Positions 9,998 to 22,228 of a stretch of DNA of 64,000 nt are shown here, one piece after another. The notes below the pieces were generated by a model, which was given only the letters and a program-made list of their open reading frames with translations, was not told the origin of the DNA and searched no databases. The DNA is from an uncultured Methanoregulaceae archaeon (GTDB taxonomy: Archaea; Halobacteriota; Methanomicrobia; Methanomicrobiales; Methanospirillaceae): contig OY969564.1 in NCBI GenBank assembly GCA_963701095.1, forward strand, positions 1,248,001 to 1,312,000, written 5' to 3'. The position numbers and the translations under genes were made by a program. Positions within the stretch are counted from its first letter, which is position 1, and each line of letters begins with the position of its first letter.

Positions 9998-10257
9998 TGG
10001 CACTTGCTGTCGGATGTCGTGCCCGTCCCGGAAAAGGACGGGATAACAAAACCGGTTCGTGGCGTGTTTTCAAGCCGGTCTTTGACCATGAAATGTGCTC
10101 CAAGTGCGGGACATGCCAGACTATCTGCCCTGAAGGATGTATAACGGTTGATGCAGAGGGGTTCTTCGATCCCGATTATGCGTACTGTAAAGGGTGTGGC
10201 ATGTGTGCAGAAGAGTGCCCTAAAAAGGCAATCACTATGATTCAGGAGGAGAAGTAG
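9997..10257 (+). CDS. porD: pyruvate:ferredoxin oxidoreductase delta subunit (2x[4Fe-4S])
   Basis: KTGSWR, CSKCGTCQTICP and CKGCGMCAEECP. Confidence 0.95.
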   Translation: MALAVGCRARPGKGRDNKTGSWRVFKPVFDHEMCSKCGTCQTICPEGCITVDAEGFFDPDYAYCKGCGMCAEECPKKAITMIQEEK

Positions 10258-11412
10258 ATGCTTGAAATCACCGAGGGTTCGCATGCTGTTGCAGAGGCTG
10301 TGCGGCTCTGTCGTCCGCAGGTCGTTTCTGCGTACCCGATCACCCCACAGACTCATATCGTCGAAGCGCTCGCCGATATGGTGGCTGACGGGAAACTAGA
10401 TGCCGACTATATGACGGTCGAAAGCGAATTTTCTGCTTTATCCGCCTGTCTTGGGGCAAGTGCGGCAGGATCCCGTGTATATTCAGCAACTACTTCCCAG
10501 GGACTTGCCCTGATGTTTGAGGTCTGCTTTAACGTTGCCGGTATGCGTCTTCCTATAGTCATGACGATTGCCAATCGTGCTCTTGGGGCGCCTCTTTCCA
10601 TCTGGAACGATCAGCAGGACTCGATTGCGCTGCGTGATTCCGGTTGGCTCCAGTTTTACGCAGAGGATAACCAGGAAGCAACCGATCTCCATTATATTGC
10701 CTACCGTGTGGCGGAAAATCCCGCAGTCTTACTCCCGGCGATGGTCTGCTTTGACGGGTTTATCCTCTCCCATACCTACGAACCCGTGGATATGATCTCC
10801 CAGGAAGATGCAGATAAATATCTCCCGAAGTTTGCGCCTAAGGAACGGCTTGATGCGGCCGACCCGATCAGTTTCGGGATGTACGCAACACCCGATTATT
10901 ACCTTGAGTTCAGGTACAACACAGATAAAGCGCTCAAGGATGCAAAATCCGTGATCCAAGAGGCAGGTGCAGAGTTCAAACAAATGTTTGGCCGGGATTA
11001 CAGTGCGATGGTCGAAGGATACCGGATGGATGATGCAGAGACAGTTATCGTAGCGATGGGTTCGATCTGCGGTACCATAAAGGACGCGATTGACGACCTC
11101 CGGGCCGAAGGAATGAAGGTAGGGCTTTTGAAAATACGCGTGTTCCGGCCGTTCCCGTCGGACGAAGTAGCCCAGGCACTAAAAGGCGCAAAGCGGGTTG
11201 CTGTACTTGATAAAAACATCTCCCTTGGCGCAAAAGGTGCTGTCGCGCTTGAAGTTAAAGACGCCCTCTACGGCTCCGGGATTCCGGTATATGATTATAT
11301 CATTGGTCTTGGCGGAAGAGATGTACGGAAGAAGGATATCCGGGAAGTTATCTTGCTTGCCGGGAAAGGGCAAGGCGATACGTTCATCGGCCTGCGAAAA
11401 GAGGTGATTTAG
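10258..11412 (+). CDS. porA: pyruvate:ferredoxin oxidoreductase alpha subunit
   Basis: YPITPQT, ESE, TATTSQGL-like ATTSQGL, FRPFP, GLGGRD. Confidence 0.95.
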   Translation: MLEITEGSHAVAEAVRLCRPQVVSAYPITPQTHIVEALADMVADGKLDADYMTVESEFSALSACLGASAAGSRVYSATTSQGLALMFEVCFNVAGMRLPIVMTIANRALGAPLSIWNDQQDSIALRDSGWLQFYAEDNQEATDLHYIAYRVAENPAVLLPAMVCFDGFILSHTYEPVDMISQEDADKYLPKFAPKERLDAADPISFGMYATPDYYLEFRYNTDKALKDAKSVIQEAGAEFKQMFGRDYSAMVEGYRMDDAETVIVAMGSICGTIKDAIDDLRAEGMKVGLLKIRVFRPFPSDEVAQALKGAKRVAVLDKNISLGAKGAVALEVKDALYGSGIPVYDYIIGLGGRDVRKKDIREVILLAGKGQGDTFIGLRKEVI

Positions 11413-11414
11413 TC

Positions 11415-12311
11415 ATGGTTGATAAAACCTGTGAACTTTTCGACTGCGGACACCGCGCCTGCGGGGGATGCGGGGCGGCGCTTGCAGCCCGGCTTATGCT
11501 CAAAGCTGCAGGAACAAATACGATCGTCGTCTCTTCGACCGGGTGCATGGAAGTATTTTCCACGCCGTATCCCGAGACTGCCTGGAAAGTGCCTTGGATC
11601 CATTCACTTTTCGAAAACGCCTCAGCGGTCGCTTCAGGGATCGAAGCGTCGCTCAAAAAACAGGGACGGACCGAGAAAGTTGTCGTGATGGCTGGCGATG
11701 GTGCGACTTTTGATATCGGGATGCTTTGCATCAGCGGGGCGTTCGAACGCGGCCATGATATTACCTACATCTGCTATGACAACGAAGCTTACATGAATAC
11801 CGGTATCCAGAGGTCCGGGGCTACCCCGTATGATGCGAGCACGACGACAAGCCCGGCCGGGTCGCATTCTTTTGGGAACAAACGGCCTAAAAAAGATATG
11901 CCGGAAATTCTTGCAGCCCACGGTTCTCCCTACGTGGCAACAGCATCAATTGCCTATCCAAACGACCTGATCCAGAAGATAGAGAAAGCAATCAATACCA
12001 CCGGGCCGACCTACGTGCAAATCCATGTGCCCTGTTGCACCGGCTGGGGGTTTGAAGGCGAACAGACTCTGGCAATCGCAAAACTTGCCATTGAGACAGG
12101 TCTCTGGGTAAATTATGAAATGGTGGATGGAAAAGTCACTAAAGTAAAAAAAGTTATCAGGAAACCTGTCGAGGAATATCTCAAGACACAGAAAAGATTC
12201 CGCCACTTGTTCAAGCCAAAGAGACAGGACACGGAGATTGCGGCCATCCAGGCGATAGCTGACAAAAATGCTGCAAAATACGGCACCGAAATAAAGATTA
12301 AGAGAGAATAA
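11415..12311 (+). CDS. porB: pyruvate:ferredoxin oxidoreductase beta subunit (TPP-binding)
   Basis: [32 protein letters not shown]. Confidence 0.95.
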   Translation: MVDKTCELFDCGHRACGGCGAALAARLMLKAAGTNTIVVSSTGCMEVFSTPYPETAWKVPWIHSLFENASAVASGIEASLKKQGRTEKVVVMAGDGATFDIGMLCISGAFERGHDITYICYDNEAYMNTGIQRSGATPYDASTTTSPAGSHSFGNKRPKKDMPEILAAHGSPYVATASIAYPNDLIQKIEKAINTTGPTYVQIHVPCCTGWGFEGEQTLAIAKLAIETGLWVNYEMVDGKVTKVKKVIRKPVEEYLKTQKRFRHLFKPKRQDTEIAAIQAIADKNAAKYGTEIKIKRE

Positions 12312-12443
12312 AGTCAACCCATTTTTTGGTTTAGTTACGATTTTAGGACCCTTTTGGTCAATGCCAGTTCCGCGCGGTTGTATGGGTTCGCGTGACCATC
12401 CTTTCTGTAGGTGTGCATATTATTATAAACAAATACAGACGGT

Positions 12444-12451
12444 TTTAATAA
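12444..12451 (+). promoter_or_regulatory. TATA box of the tRNA-Val gene
   Basis: TTTAATAA about 28-35 nt upstream of the mature tRNA 5' end. Confidence 0.5.
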
Positions 12452-12478
12452 GTTCCAGTCTGACATAAGTAAGTTATC

Positions 12479-12550
12479 GGGCTCGTGGTCTAGCGGTATG
12501 ACGTCGCCCTTACACGGCGGAGGTCGCCGGTTCGAATCCGGCCGGGCCCA
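12479..12550 (+). tRNA. tRNA-Val(TAC), no intron, CCA not encoded
   Basis: acceptor stem GGGCTCG/CGGGCCC plus discriminator A; anticodon arm TCGCC-CT TAC AC-GGCGG; T loop GTTCGAATC. Confidence 0.96.
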
Positions 12551-12615
12551 TCGGTTCTAAATTTCTACGTCTCTGGCGTAGACCTCAATATCTGCCATAA
12601 AGTGTTAAAAAAAAT

Positions 12616-13224
12616 TCAAGGGGTTGGTGTTGTGGCTGCAGCGCTTACGTTACTCCCCTTTGTTATTCCGACGACCTTTATGTCGAATGTGAGGTTCTGG
12701 CCTGCGAGGGGAGAATTCGCATCTATAGCTACCCCAGCGTTGGTCACATTGACAACAGTAACAATAGCTATGCTGCCATCTTGTGATCTCTCGTACAATT
12801 TTTCACCGGGTGTGAGTGTCTGGTTCGCCGGGAATTGGCTCAACGGGACTATCCCAACGAGGTCCGGGTTGTAGGCACCATAGGCCTGCATATACGGAAT
12901 AGATACCGTTTTTTCCTCATTTAATTTCATACCCACTACCGCAGCATCGAAACCATGGATGAGCTGACCGGATCCAACCGTAAATGTCAGTGGGGAGGAA
13001 TTTACGTTCGTATCAAAAACCGTTTTATTATCAAACATGCCGGTATACGTTACATTAATCGTATCCCCGACTGCCACAGAGAGCGGTGGATTGAATACAA
13101 ACAGATATGCAGCTACACAGATGATGATTACCGCAACAACCGCTATGATACCGATTAATTTGTACTGTTGTTTGCTTTCTGTGGCCTTTTTCTCTTTGCC
13201 TTTTTCTTTCTCGGATTTCTTCAT
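12616..13224 (-). CDS. FKBP-type peptidyl-prolyl isomerase (SlyD-like with IF domain), N-terminal membrane anchor
   Basis: VFDTN, GSGQLI-x-GF, AYG, IDANSPLAGQNLTF; N-terminal TM helix. Confidence 0.9.
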   Translation of the reverse strand: MKKSEKEKGKEKKATESKQQYKLIGIIAVVAVIIICVAAYLFVFNPPLSVAVGDTINVTYTGMFDNKTVFDTNVNSSPLTFTVGSGQLIHGFDAAVVGMKLNEEKTVSIPYMQAYGAYNPDLVGIVPLSQFPANQTLTPGEKLYERSQDGSIAIVTVVNVTNAGVAIDANSPLAGQNLTFDIKVVGITKGSNVSAAATTPTP

Positions 13225-13336
13225 GATTCTCGCATCTAGGATTAGCCGGTAAACAATATACCATTACCTCTCAGATAAATACCTAAGAATTATCGGGGAA
13301 GCAGTACATTATTTGATATTTACGGAGAAGGTTGTC

Positions 13337-14445
13337 ATGGAGAGAAAGGACCCTATAACCATTTCAGGAGCCATTTTATCCTTGCACAAAACACTCCGGG
13401 AAGAAATCCAAAAAGAACAGGAACGGGATCGTTCCCTGTATGCTGCGGGGACATCGGGAAGGGTAACCCTCATCATCCTCGGTGCGGCGATACTCGCAAA
13501 TATCATTGTTTTCCTCAAAGATCCGTTATTTCCCCTGCTTTTTATTTCCGCCAGTTTTTTCCTGTTTATGATCTATTTTATCACGCTCCTCATTCCCCAT
13601 AACCTTCGTCACCCTTCCCTGCCACAGACAGAAATTTCCCGATACCTCACGGGACTTCGCGTTACCGGCATAACCACGAGCACAAAAAGGTTTACCGGGT
13701 CTTTCTTAATGCTTTTTTTATCAACTGCCGCCCTCTCTTTTACGGATTTGCCCTTATCTTTTCCATAGATATTGTGCTTGTAATCGCCATGGCTCGTTCG
13801 GGAGCACTCTCCCCTTATCACACCGGGATTGTCCTTTTTGAATCGTCCGCCATCATCCTATTCTATTTCCTCGTCTGGAAACTGGAGCCATACACAATAG
13901 ATTTTTTTTCCGATGTCTCCGGGATGAAAAATCACCTCCTCAAAAAAAAGGTCCCTGAGCAGGTCGTTTCTTTCCTGTTCCTGCTCGGAGCGGCACTTGC
14001 TCTTGTTGGTATTGTCACAACGATAATTCTGCTCCCGGGAATGACATTCAATGACTTCCTCTCGGTTTCAGAAGTCAAGGAGCTCGGGAATTTTTTTATT
14101 GCCGTTAGTGTGATGATTTTCACATTATATGTGATCGTAAGATATATTCACGGCATTACCAGCCGTGATCTGCTTGACCGGTTCACCAAAAACAAAACCG
14201 ATTGTCTCTACGGCCAGATCGAAATTACAGTAGACACTTCCCGGTTTTCCTGTGCTGAAGGACATACAGACGATACTGATTTTTCCGCATTACAGCAGGC
14301 AGCCGATCTATTACTCGAAACACAGATCTATCAGGTCGAGAAAAAGACCCTTCTCGGTACCTTTCCTGTCTATATCGTCAACCCAGATTTTTCCTGGGTA
14401 TTCTCCCTTCAGGCACCTCAAGACGAAGAAATTCCCAACCATTGA
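13337..14445 (+). CDS. multi-pass membrane protein of unknown function; frameshift near 13698
   Basis: two hydrophobic ORFs (13313-13768, 13774-14445) join into one reading with a one-base shift (...FTRVFLNAFFINCRPLF...). Confidence 0.65.
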
Positions 14446-14543
14446 CATTTTCGATTATCTCCGGCATTTATCGCATGGTTTGTCTTAATTACCCCGATTG
14501 AACTTTATTTATAGATGGAAAACTCATCTAACACGTGGTGCCT

Positions 14544-15438
14544 ATGTCAGAAGAAATAAAAACCGCAGAGGTTGCGGGAAGGAAAGTACAAATGGGATCC
14601 TGCCCAGATGAGAAAAATTCAGGAACACCCCTGCTTTTCCGAAAAGGCATGTCATGCCTTTGGCCGCTGCCATATTCCTGTGGCGCCGAGATGCAATATC
14701 CAGTGTAATTACTGTATTAGGGATTTTGATTGTGTTAATGAAAGCAGACCCGGTGTAACTACCCGGGTTCTCAACCCCAATGAAGTTATGGAAATGGTAA
14801 AAAAGGTTACGGAAAAATACGACTATATCAAGGTCATAGGTATTGCCGGTCCCGGAGATCCTCTTGCAAACGAAGAGACTTTCGAGACGCTTCGCAGGCT
14901 TCACGAGCAATACCCGGGAGTGATCAAGTGCATCAGCACAAATGGTCTCCTTCTGCCAGACAAAATCGATCTGCTCCAGGAATATGATGTAGGAAATATT
15001 ACGGTCACGCTCAATGCGATAGACCCGGAGATTGGGGCGAAGATCTACCAGTTCATCGATTATAAGGGAAAACGGTATACAGGTATCGAGGGGGCAAAAT
15101 TGCTTCTCTCACAACAGTTGAAGGGAATTGAGATGGCGGTGGCACGGAATATGATCGTTAAAGTAAACACAGTCTATATTCCGGGCATCAATGAAGATCA
15201 CATTGTGGACATTGCAAAGAAGGTCGGCGAGATGGGGGTTTATACTTTCAACCTCATTCCGCTTATTGCCCAGTATAAGTTCGCCGATATTGCCCCACCC
15301 ACACCTGAAATGAAACGGAAGATGCAGGATGCCTGTGGAAAGTATGTCAAACAGATGCGGCACTGCCAGCGATGCCGGGCCGACGCAATAGGGAAACTCG
15401 GGCATGATGTACAATCATGCATGTACGAAAAGAAATAA
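14544..15438 (+). CDS. nifB: NifB-type radical SAM protein (stand-alone, no NifX domain); frameshift near 14592
   Basis: all NifB signatures present: HPC, CNIQCNYC, ESRP, AGPG, TVTLN, CQRCRADAIG; ATG 14544 after GTGGTG. Confidence 0.88.
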
Positions 15439-15553
15439 TCCCCTTTTTTCTCTAAACGTTCACTTCGGTTTGCAATAGAAATAGAGATCTCTTCCTAAAT
15501 CCCCCACTTTTTTTCGCACTCCGTCGATATGAATCTGCGGGTTTAATACGAAT

Positions 15554-16042
15554 TTAACGAGCGATCCCAAGTGTTGGATAGATAGGTTTCGTTGCATTAG
15601 CACTCGTAATAATGTGGTTCATTTCCCCGATAATTGACTCAAGCGAAGGGGGGACATCGGTCTCCTGGGCCCTTACGGTTTTTCCCTGATAACTGATAGT
15701 ATAGGTCATAATGTTCTCCCCCTGATTCGCAGCAGGATAGTTTGTCTGGAGTTCGGAGAACTGTGATTCGTTAAGTAACACTGAAATGAGTGAAAGATCT
15801 GTGGCATTCAGCGTGATTTCGGCATTTGATGAAACTGTGGAGATCACTGAGACCCCATTGTCGAAAATGATCAGGCGATCGTTGACGTTGGAAACGCCCC
15901 CGGTCCGATGGTAGTCAACAAGTATCGAGGGAGGCGAAGTTGCGGTGGGAGTGAGCGATTTTGTTCCTAAACAGCCGGTGCACACAAGAATGAGACCAAG
16001 AACAAAAAGGGTGAAGAAGGGGATTATTTTAATACGCATCAC
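15554..16042 (-). CDS. hypothetical lipoprotein
   Basis: signal peptide ending TGC; Y-x-RTGG motif. Confidence 0.7.
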   Translation of the reverse strand: MMRIKIIPFFTLFVLGLILVCTGCLGTKSLTPTATSPPSILVDYHRTGGVSNVNDRLIIFDNGVSVISTVSSNAEITLNATDLSLISVLLNESQFSELQTNYPAANQGENIMTYTISYQGKTVRAQETDVPPSLESIIGEMNHIITSANATKPIYPTLGIAR

Positions 16043-16065
16043 TCCGGAGGTGTGGTCTTTTCGGG

Positions 16066-16394
16066 TTATAACTGAAGGATATCTGTTTTTTTGGTTTTTG
16101 CCGCTGATTTGCGTTCAGGCAGCACATCTTCGAGAGCTTTTACGAGACTGTCCGTCTTTTCATTATTAAAGATCGCCTTAAAAGCTGCAGCTCGGTGGCG
16201 TTCATTATCATGATACCTTTTTTCTTCATGGGAAGCCCGTGTTCGTTCTGGGGATTGATATCAATCGCAAGCGAAGCAGGGCGGTTTTTTGTTGCAGGGA
16301 GCCGGATTATGGCAACCCCGGGAAGTGTAGTCTGTTTCCGTTCCCAATCGCCGCCTTCTTCAATGAAGGCCTTGAGCGTTTCAGTTAATTCCAT
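16066..16394 (-). CDS. hypothetical protein; frameshift near 16190
   Basis: MELTETLKAFIEEGGDWERK...; shifted frame continues AAFKAIFNNEK...DILQL to the stop at 16066. Confidence 0.65.
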
Positions 16395-16548
16395 GAAAGA
16401 ACTGTTAATCTATATATTAAAAGTCTATCCGTTCCTTTGTGAAAATAAAGAGAGATAATGTCCTATATAAAATAATAGAGATGAATTTTTTTTGTTTGCC
16501 AGAATCTAAAACCTTTGAAACCAGAATAGCTGAACAGAGCAGTTTATC

Positions 16549-17409
16549 ATGCCAAGGATCGTGCTTTCTCCTCAAGAACCCTTTTCACTTGACCAGACCC
16601 TCGGATGCGGACAAGTTTTCCGCTGGAACCGTTTTCCTGATGGGAGCTGGATTGGAGTCGTGGGCGACCGGGTAATCCGGTGCCGGCAGAAAGGATCAGT
16701 CCTGACATTCAACGGTGCAGACGAGACATTTATCCGGCATTATTTCTCACTGGACCTCGACCTCCCCACAATTCTGGCATCGATAGATGTGGATCCATTC
16801 ATCCAAACAGCGATTGAACAATGCAGGGGCCTTCGTCTTGTACGACAACCTGCATGGGAGTGCCTCTGCTCGTATATCTGTGCCACAAATTCCAATATTC
16901 CTATGATCAGGCGTCGAATCGCTTCCCTTGCTGAAACGTTTGGCGATGAAATTGAAAAAGGTGAAACGAAGTTATTTTCATTTCCTCATCCATCAAGGAT
17001 CACCTGCATTGATGATTCCAACGCTCTTGCTGCGTGCAAGCTCGGGTACCGGCAACCCTACATATTGAGTACTGCCCGTGATGCAGCGGCTCAAAAAGAT
17101 TGGGCCATAACCATCGCCGCGATGCCGTATGAAGCAGCACGCACACAGATAATGAAGTTTTCTGGTATCGGGCCAAAAGCAGCAGACTGTGTCCTGCTCT
17201 TTGCATTCCAGAAATATGATGCCTTCCCGGTCGATGTCTGGATCCGGCGGATGATGAGAGAAAACTACCTTACGACACTCAGCCAGGACGGTGCGCTGAG
17301 CGATCGGGAATACAACGAGATACTGATATTTGCCAGGAAACATTTCGGGAAGTATTGCGGGATCGCCCAGGAATATCTGTACGCGGCACGGGAAGGTTCA
17401 AAGACCTGA
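16549..17409 (+). CDS. 8-oxoguanine DNA glycosylase (OGG1-like, HhH-GPD)
   Basis: TLGCGQVFRW, Q-x-x-WECL-x-SYI, LGYR, GIGPKAADC...FPVDVW, G-x-AQEYLY. Confidence 0.92.
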   Translation: MPRIVLSPQEPFSLDQTLGCGQVFRWNRFPDGSWIGVVGDRVIRCRQKGSVLTFNGADETFIRHYFSLDLDLPTILASIDVDPFIQTAIEQCRGLRLVRQPAWECLCSYICATNSNIPMIRRRIASLAETFGDEIEKGETKLFSFPHPSRITCIDDSNALAACKLGYRQPYILSTARDAAAQKDWAITIAAMPYEAARTQIMKFSGIGPKAADCVLLFAFQKYDAFPVDVWIRRMMRENYLTTLSQDGALSDREYNEILIFARKHFGKYCGIAQEYLYAAREGSKT

Positions 17410-17421
17410 ATCATCCCATAT

Positions 17422-18401
17422 ATGTCAGAACCCGGTCTCTCCGGACACATGATATCCATGAACCTCTTTTCCTTTCCCATCCTGCGAAAACCGATCGTTG
17501 CACTTATAGGTGCAACCGTACTTTTTGGGACGGCAACACCTCTCCTGAAAATTCTTGTTGACGGGATGTCACCTCTGATCCTTATTGCGCTTTTATCCGT
17601 TGGATCAGGGGTCGGGATCCTCTGCTGGCGGATGGTGAGTGAACCCCATTATACGAGAGAAAGACTACCAGTCAGCAGAAGGCAAATGTCCCTTCTGGCA
17701 GGAACGATCGTTATAGGCGGCTTTGTGGCGCCGGTGATCCAGTGTTTTGCTCTCATCGTTACTCCAGCGGCAACAGCGGCACTGCTTTTAAACTTCGAGA
17801 TCGTGTCTACGGTCCTGCTTGCTTTCTGGGTGTTTCATGAACCGGCAGATAAAAAAATGGGATTGGCCCTTGTGCTTATTTTTGCCGGCAGCATCCTTCT
17901 TGGCTGGAATGGCGAGGGTATAATCGGTATTTCCCTTGGGGCACTCGGAATTATCCTGTCCGGATTTTTCTGGGGGGTGGACAACAACTGCATGGCGCAT
18001 ATTACCGCATATCCACCCGGGCATATCGCATTATGTAAGGTGATTTTTGGCGGAAGTATCGCTACAGTGCTTGTATTAGTCCTTGGCGAACATCTACCTG
18101 GCGTTAACCTGATCCTTCTTGCATTACTAACCGGATTCTTTTCTTTTGGCCTTGGCCTCATTTTGTTTATTGTTGCCCTTCAGGGTATGGGCGCAGCCCG
18201 GGCGGAGCTATTTACGCGGCGGCACCGTTCATCGGTTGTATAGCTTCCCTTTTTGTCTTTTCCGATCCACTCGGCAGCCAGTTCTGGTTTGCTGTCCCTC
18301 TCTTCGTCGCAGGAGCGCTGATAGTTATTCGCGAACAGTGGATATTGGATAACGGTTCCGGAATGGTGGGAGCACCAGCTTTCAACCCTGACAGGAAATA
18401 A
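17422..18401 (+). CDS. EamA/DMT family transporter; frameshift near 18205
   Basis: about 10 TM segments, AALLLNFE, WGVDNN, GAAR; shifted frame supplies AAAPFIG and the last two TM segments. Confidence 0.82.
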
Positions 18402-18449
18402 GTCCTTCCTAAAAAATTAACTTTCTAAAAATAGCTACCATCAGGATTT

Positions 18450-19676
18450 TCAGGTTCCAATATCCCAGCTGCACTGGTATTTCTTTTGGGCCGCACTGAG
18501 CTCATCGATGGTAAGACCAAGAGAAGCCAGTTTGAGCCGGGCAACCTGTTCGTCGATTTCCTGAGGTACCTCATACACACCGCCCTTGAGAGAATCGCCA
18601 TGTTCTGCGATGTACCGGGCACAGAGCGCCTGAAGGGCGAAACTGAGATCCATAACCTCGATGGGGTGGCCCATCCCTTTTGGTGTGGCAAGGTTCACGA
18701 GCCTTCCTTCGGCAAGCACATGAACCGGTTTTCCTTTGAGGATATAGGTCGTGATCCCGTCACGCTCAATGATCGAATCTGCCTGTTTTGCAAGCCACAC
18801 TAAGTCGATCTCGACGTTGAAGTGGCCGGCATTTGCGAGGATTGCACCCGGTTTGAGTTTCCCGAAGTGATTCTTTCCGATTACGCTGGTATTTCCCGTT
18901 GTGGTGACAAAGATGTCTCCGACTGCGGCTGCCTGATCCATCGTCATAACATGGTACCCATCCATGTGTGCTTCCAGTGCCCGGCGGGGATCAATTTCAG
19001 TGACAACAACCTTGGCGCCAAGACCATGGGCTTTACTGGCAAGACCCCGGCCGCAGTATCCATACCCTGCAACAACGAAATATTTGCCGGCTATCAGGGT
19101 GTTTGTGGTTATCATGATCGCGGAAAGTACGCTCTCCCCGGTACCATGCACGTTGTCAAAGAACCGTTTCATTGGTGTATCGTTGACCGCAACCACAGGA
19201 AATTCGAGTTTTTTCTCTGCTGCCATCGCCCGCAGCCGGTGGATACCGGTCGTCGTTTCCTCGCAGCCCCCAATTATTTTCTTAAGCAGTTCGCGGCGTT
19301 TTGTGTGCAAGTAATAGATGAGATCCATCCCGTCATCGATGGTTATTGACGGCGCGGCATCAAGAACCTGTTCGATGGCTGTGTAATATTCTTCAACCGT
19401 GCAGCCGCGTTTTGCGTAGCAATGAACATTTTTTATTTCGTTTAATGCCGCTGCCACATCATCCTGCGTGGAGAGAGGGTTGCATCCGGTTATGTAGACC
19501 TTTGCCCCGCCGGCAGCAAGCGTCTGGACGAGGTTTGCGGTCTTGGCCTCTACATGGAGTGCCATTCCTATGGTCATACCCTTAAAGGGTTTGTCTTTCT
19601 CAAATTGTTTTCTTATAGAGGCAAGCACAGGCATGTACTGCGCGGCCCAGTCAATCTTCAACTTACCGGTATTCAT
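18450..19676 (-). CDS. ahcY: adenosylhomocysteinase / S-inosylhomocysteine hydrolase
   Basis: CNPLSTQDD, EETTTG, FDN-x-HGTG, GYGYCGRG, NAGHF, GRLVNL, GHP-x-EVMD-x-SF. Confidence 0.95.
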   Translation of the reverse strand: MNTGKLKIDWAAQYMPVLASIRKQFEKDKPFKGMTIGMALHVEAKTANLVQTLAAGGAKVYITGCNPLSTQDDVAAALNEIKNVHCYAKRGCTVEEYYTAIEQVLDAAPSITIDDGMDLIYYLHTKRRELLKKIIGGCEETTTGIHRLRAMAAEKKLEFPVVAVNDTPMKRFFDNVHGTGESVLSAIMITTNTLIAGKYFVVAGYGYCGRGLASKAHGLGAKVVVTEIDPRRALEAHMDGYHVMTMDQAAAVGDIFVTTTGNTSVIGKNHFGKLKPGAILANAGHFNVEIDLVWLAKQADSIIERDGITTYILKGKPVHVLAEGRLVNLATPKGMGHPIEVMDLSFALQALCARYIAEHGDSLKGGVYEVPQEIDEQVARLKLASLGLTIDELSAAQKKYQCSWDIGT

Positions 19677-19823
19677 GAAAACACCCGTGCAACCCGTCTG
19701 CCCGCGGGCATGGACTGCTCAATCACGTACCCAGTAAATAGGGTGATAGATGCAGATAAACTTCCCCGTGAAAACAGTCTGGCAGATAGGTAGATAGCAT
19801 TTTAGAGAGAAAACAAGAATGAA

Positions 19824-20630
19824 ATGGTGCTGACGCGTCGGATTATCCCCTGTCTTGACTTAAAAAATGGCCGGGTCGTAAAAGGGACAAATTTCCTTGG
19901 TCTGCGGGACGCCGGTGACCCGGTAGAACTTGCCGAACGCTACAACGAGCAGGGAGCTGACGAAGTCGTGTTTCTGGATATTACCGCTTCCAAAGAGAAA
20001 CGCGGTATTATCATAGACGTAATCCAACGTGCGGCCGACCAGCTCTTCCTTCCTCTCACGGTTGGTGGCGGTCTGCGATCTCTTGACGATATCCAGCAGA
20101 TTCTCCGGGCAGGCGCCGATAAAGTAAGCCTGAATACGAGTGCCGTGCATGAACCAAGCCTGATTACCCGGGGCGCAGAATCGTTCGGAACCCAGTGTAT
20201 CGTAGTCGCGATGGATGTCCGCCGTAATTTCACGCCAAATCCCACGGCCAAACCAGTTACACTGGATGACGGGAGTACCTGTTGGTACGAGGTTGTCATT
20301 TATGGCGGGAGCAAACCAACAGGTAAAGACGCAGTGTTATGGGCTAAAGAGGCTGAAGAACGGGGTGCCGGTGAGATTCTCTTAACGAGTATGGAAACTG
20401 ATGGAACCAAAAACGGTTTCGATATAGCAATTACCCGTGCAATTTCAGAATCGGCAAATATACCGGTAATCGCGAGCGGTGGTGTTGGGACCCTTAACCA
20501 TTTCTATGACGGATTTACAAAAGGAAAAGCCGATGCCTGCCTTGCTGCAAGTGTTTTTCACTACGGCGAATTTACCATTTGTGATGTGAAAAAATATCTT
20601 AAAGGAAAGGGTATCCCGGTACGGCTCTGA
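19824..20630 (+). CDS. hisF: imidazole glycerol phosphate synthase cyclase subunit
   Basis: RIIPCLD, VVKG, GADE-x-x-[26 protein letters not shown]. Confidence 0.96.
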   Translation: MVLTRRIIPCLDLKNGRVVKGTNFLGLRDAGDPVELAERYNEQGADEVVFLDITASKEKRGIIIDVIQRAADQLFLPLTVGGGLRSLDDIQQILRAGADKVSLNTSAVHEPSLITRGAESFGTQCIVVAMDVRRNFTPNPTAKPVTLDDGSTCWYEVVIYGGSKPTGKDAVLWAKEAEERGAGEILLTSMETDGTKNGFDIAITRAISESANIPVIASGGVGTLNHFYDGFTKGKADACLAASVFHYGEFTICDVKKYLKGKGIPVRL

Positions 20631-22227
20631 GATCGATTTCAAACGCCGCAACCGGTTGTTCCAGCTCAAATGCGATCAGCACAGACGGATGGAGCTCTCC
20701 AAACACACCCACTTTTTTTCCACTGACGTTAATATCGACCCGTCTTCCCTCTATAAATGCCGCATCTTCAGATATTTCGGCAACGTACACTATGCCAAGT
20801 TCACGGAGCACGGCATCTGTGTTGGCATATGCTTCAGAGAAATCCGCAGCTGTATGAGTACTAACGGCTGCCAGTCGTTGTGTAGTCTTAAGGTCAGAAA
20901 GCACATCGCCGGTTGCAAAGAGACGTTGCGGGAGTTCCCGGTGCCGGTTGACCTGAAGCATCTCCAGAAGGAGGGGCAAAATCTCCGTTCTGACCACTGT
21001 GTACTCTTCGCTAATGGGGTGCATGAGATGGAGAGTAGAGGAGAGCCGCGGCCGATTGAGGTAATCGCAGAGCACTTTTTCATTTGTCAGTGTGAAAGGC
21101 ATCATCTCCAGGTACCCGAGGCCTGAAAGAATGGCGCGCACCTGTGCTGCGATCTTGTTTACCGGGTGTTGCGTCCCAATAGAGAATGTAGGGGGAATTT
21201 CTACACAGAAGTTCTCGTACCCGTACGCGATCGCAACATCTTCAAAAAGATCCCAGTCGTGCATAATATCTGCCCGGTAACAGGGCACCTGAACCCTGAT
21301 CTTGTCTGTCCCGATGGGTTGTGCCCCTAACCGCATTTTTTCCAGCAGTCCTGCCATTTGTGGTGCAGAAAGTTCAACACCGATAAGATCCGTGCATTCC
21401 CGGACGCTCACGGTACGTTCTGTCGGGTTAAGATCCGGAATGACTGTCCCGTTAATTTCCACACTTTCAATAGCGGCGCCCGCTTCGGCCATAGCGGTAC
21501 AGATAATGTTTGCTGCAACGCTGACTGCCCTTTGATCGGTACCGGTAACATCAAGAAGTATGTTTTTTGTCCCGGTCGTTACCCGGGTTCTTTCCCCGTT
21601 GATAATGGGCGGGAACGAACAGACATTGTCCTCATTGTCAGTAATCAACGGAAAAAGAGGGAAATCCTTCACAATCTTTGCGTAGTCCCGGCCTTTCGGG
21701 TGCTCTATAAGGATTTCATCGAGGCTCAGCTCTTTGGTAAAATCGAGCGGGACAAATTTCCTGCTCCGTGGCGCTGCCGTATAATGGAACGGCGCTGTGA
21801 TAGTGTCGAGATCATGGATGCCTATTGCAACCTTACTCCGGCCCCTCCCGACAGCCCAGTGGAGTGCCTCCTGGAGTGCCATGATGGAAAGGATGGACTC
21901 ATCGTCGAAAGAGACGTTTCGGATGACTGCTGAAGCCAGAAAAGGGCGGACATTTTCTAGGTTTGGATCGACAGTGAAGCTGATCCCGGATGGCTTTACA
22001 GAATATACCGGAAGGCCGGCCTCAATATCCAGAAATCCCCGCATGGCACGGGCCACACCTTCAACGGAGAAGAGATCAGGACGGTTTGGGAAGAACTCCA
22101 CGTCAGCATGGTCTTCTTCAAGGCGTTCGATCTCAGACCCTATCATGGGAAGACGTTTTAGAATGGTGTCACGGTCGGTACCAGTGAGTCGTTCAAGATA
22201 CTTGTAGGAGAGACTAATGATCGCCAT
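20599..22227 (-). CDS. pheT: phenylalanine--tRNA ligase beta subunit
   Basis: PNRPDL-x-SVEG, [21 protein letters not shown]. Confidence 0.95.
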   Translation of the reverse strand: MAIISLSYKYLERLTGTDRDTILKRLPMIGSEIERLEEDHADVEFFPNRPDLFSVEGVARAMRGFLDIEAGLPVYSVKPSGISFTVDPNLENVRPFLASAVIRNVSFDDESILSIMALQEALHWAVGRGRSKVAIGIHDLDTITAPFHYTAAPRSRKFVPLDFTKELSLDEILIEHPKGRDYAKIVKDFPLFPLITDNEDNVCSFPPIINGERTRVTTGTKNILLDVTGTDQRAVSVAANIICTAMAEAGAAIESVEINGTVIPDLNPTERTVSVRECTDLIGVELSAPQMAGLLEKMRLGAQPIGTDKIRVQVPCYRADIMHDWDLFEDVAIAYGYENFCVEIPPTFSIGTQHPVNKIAAQVRAILSGLGYLEMMPFTLTNEKVLCDYLNRPRLSSTLHLMHPISEEYTVVRTEILPLLLEMLQVNRHRELPQRLFATGDVLSDLKTTQRLAAVSTHTAADFSEAYANTDAVLRELGIVYVAEISEDAAFIEGRRVDINVSGKKVGVFGELHPSVLIAFELEQPVAAFEIDLRAVPGYPFL

Positions 22228-22228
22228 G

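Noticed and set aside
12479..12600. tRNA-Val as an integration site for a mobile element
   Set aside because: No integrase nearby and no duplicated tRNA 3' end noticed; only a small hairpin (12564-12582) follows.
20599..20630. Convergent 32-bp overlap of hisF and pheT
   Set aside because: Common in compact archaeal genomes; nothing suggests a regulatory role.
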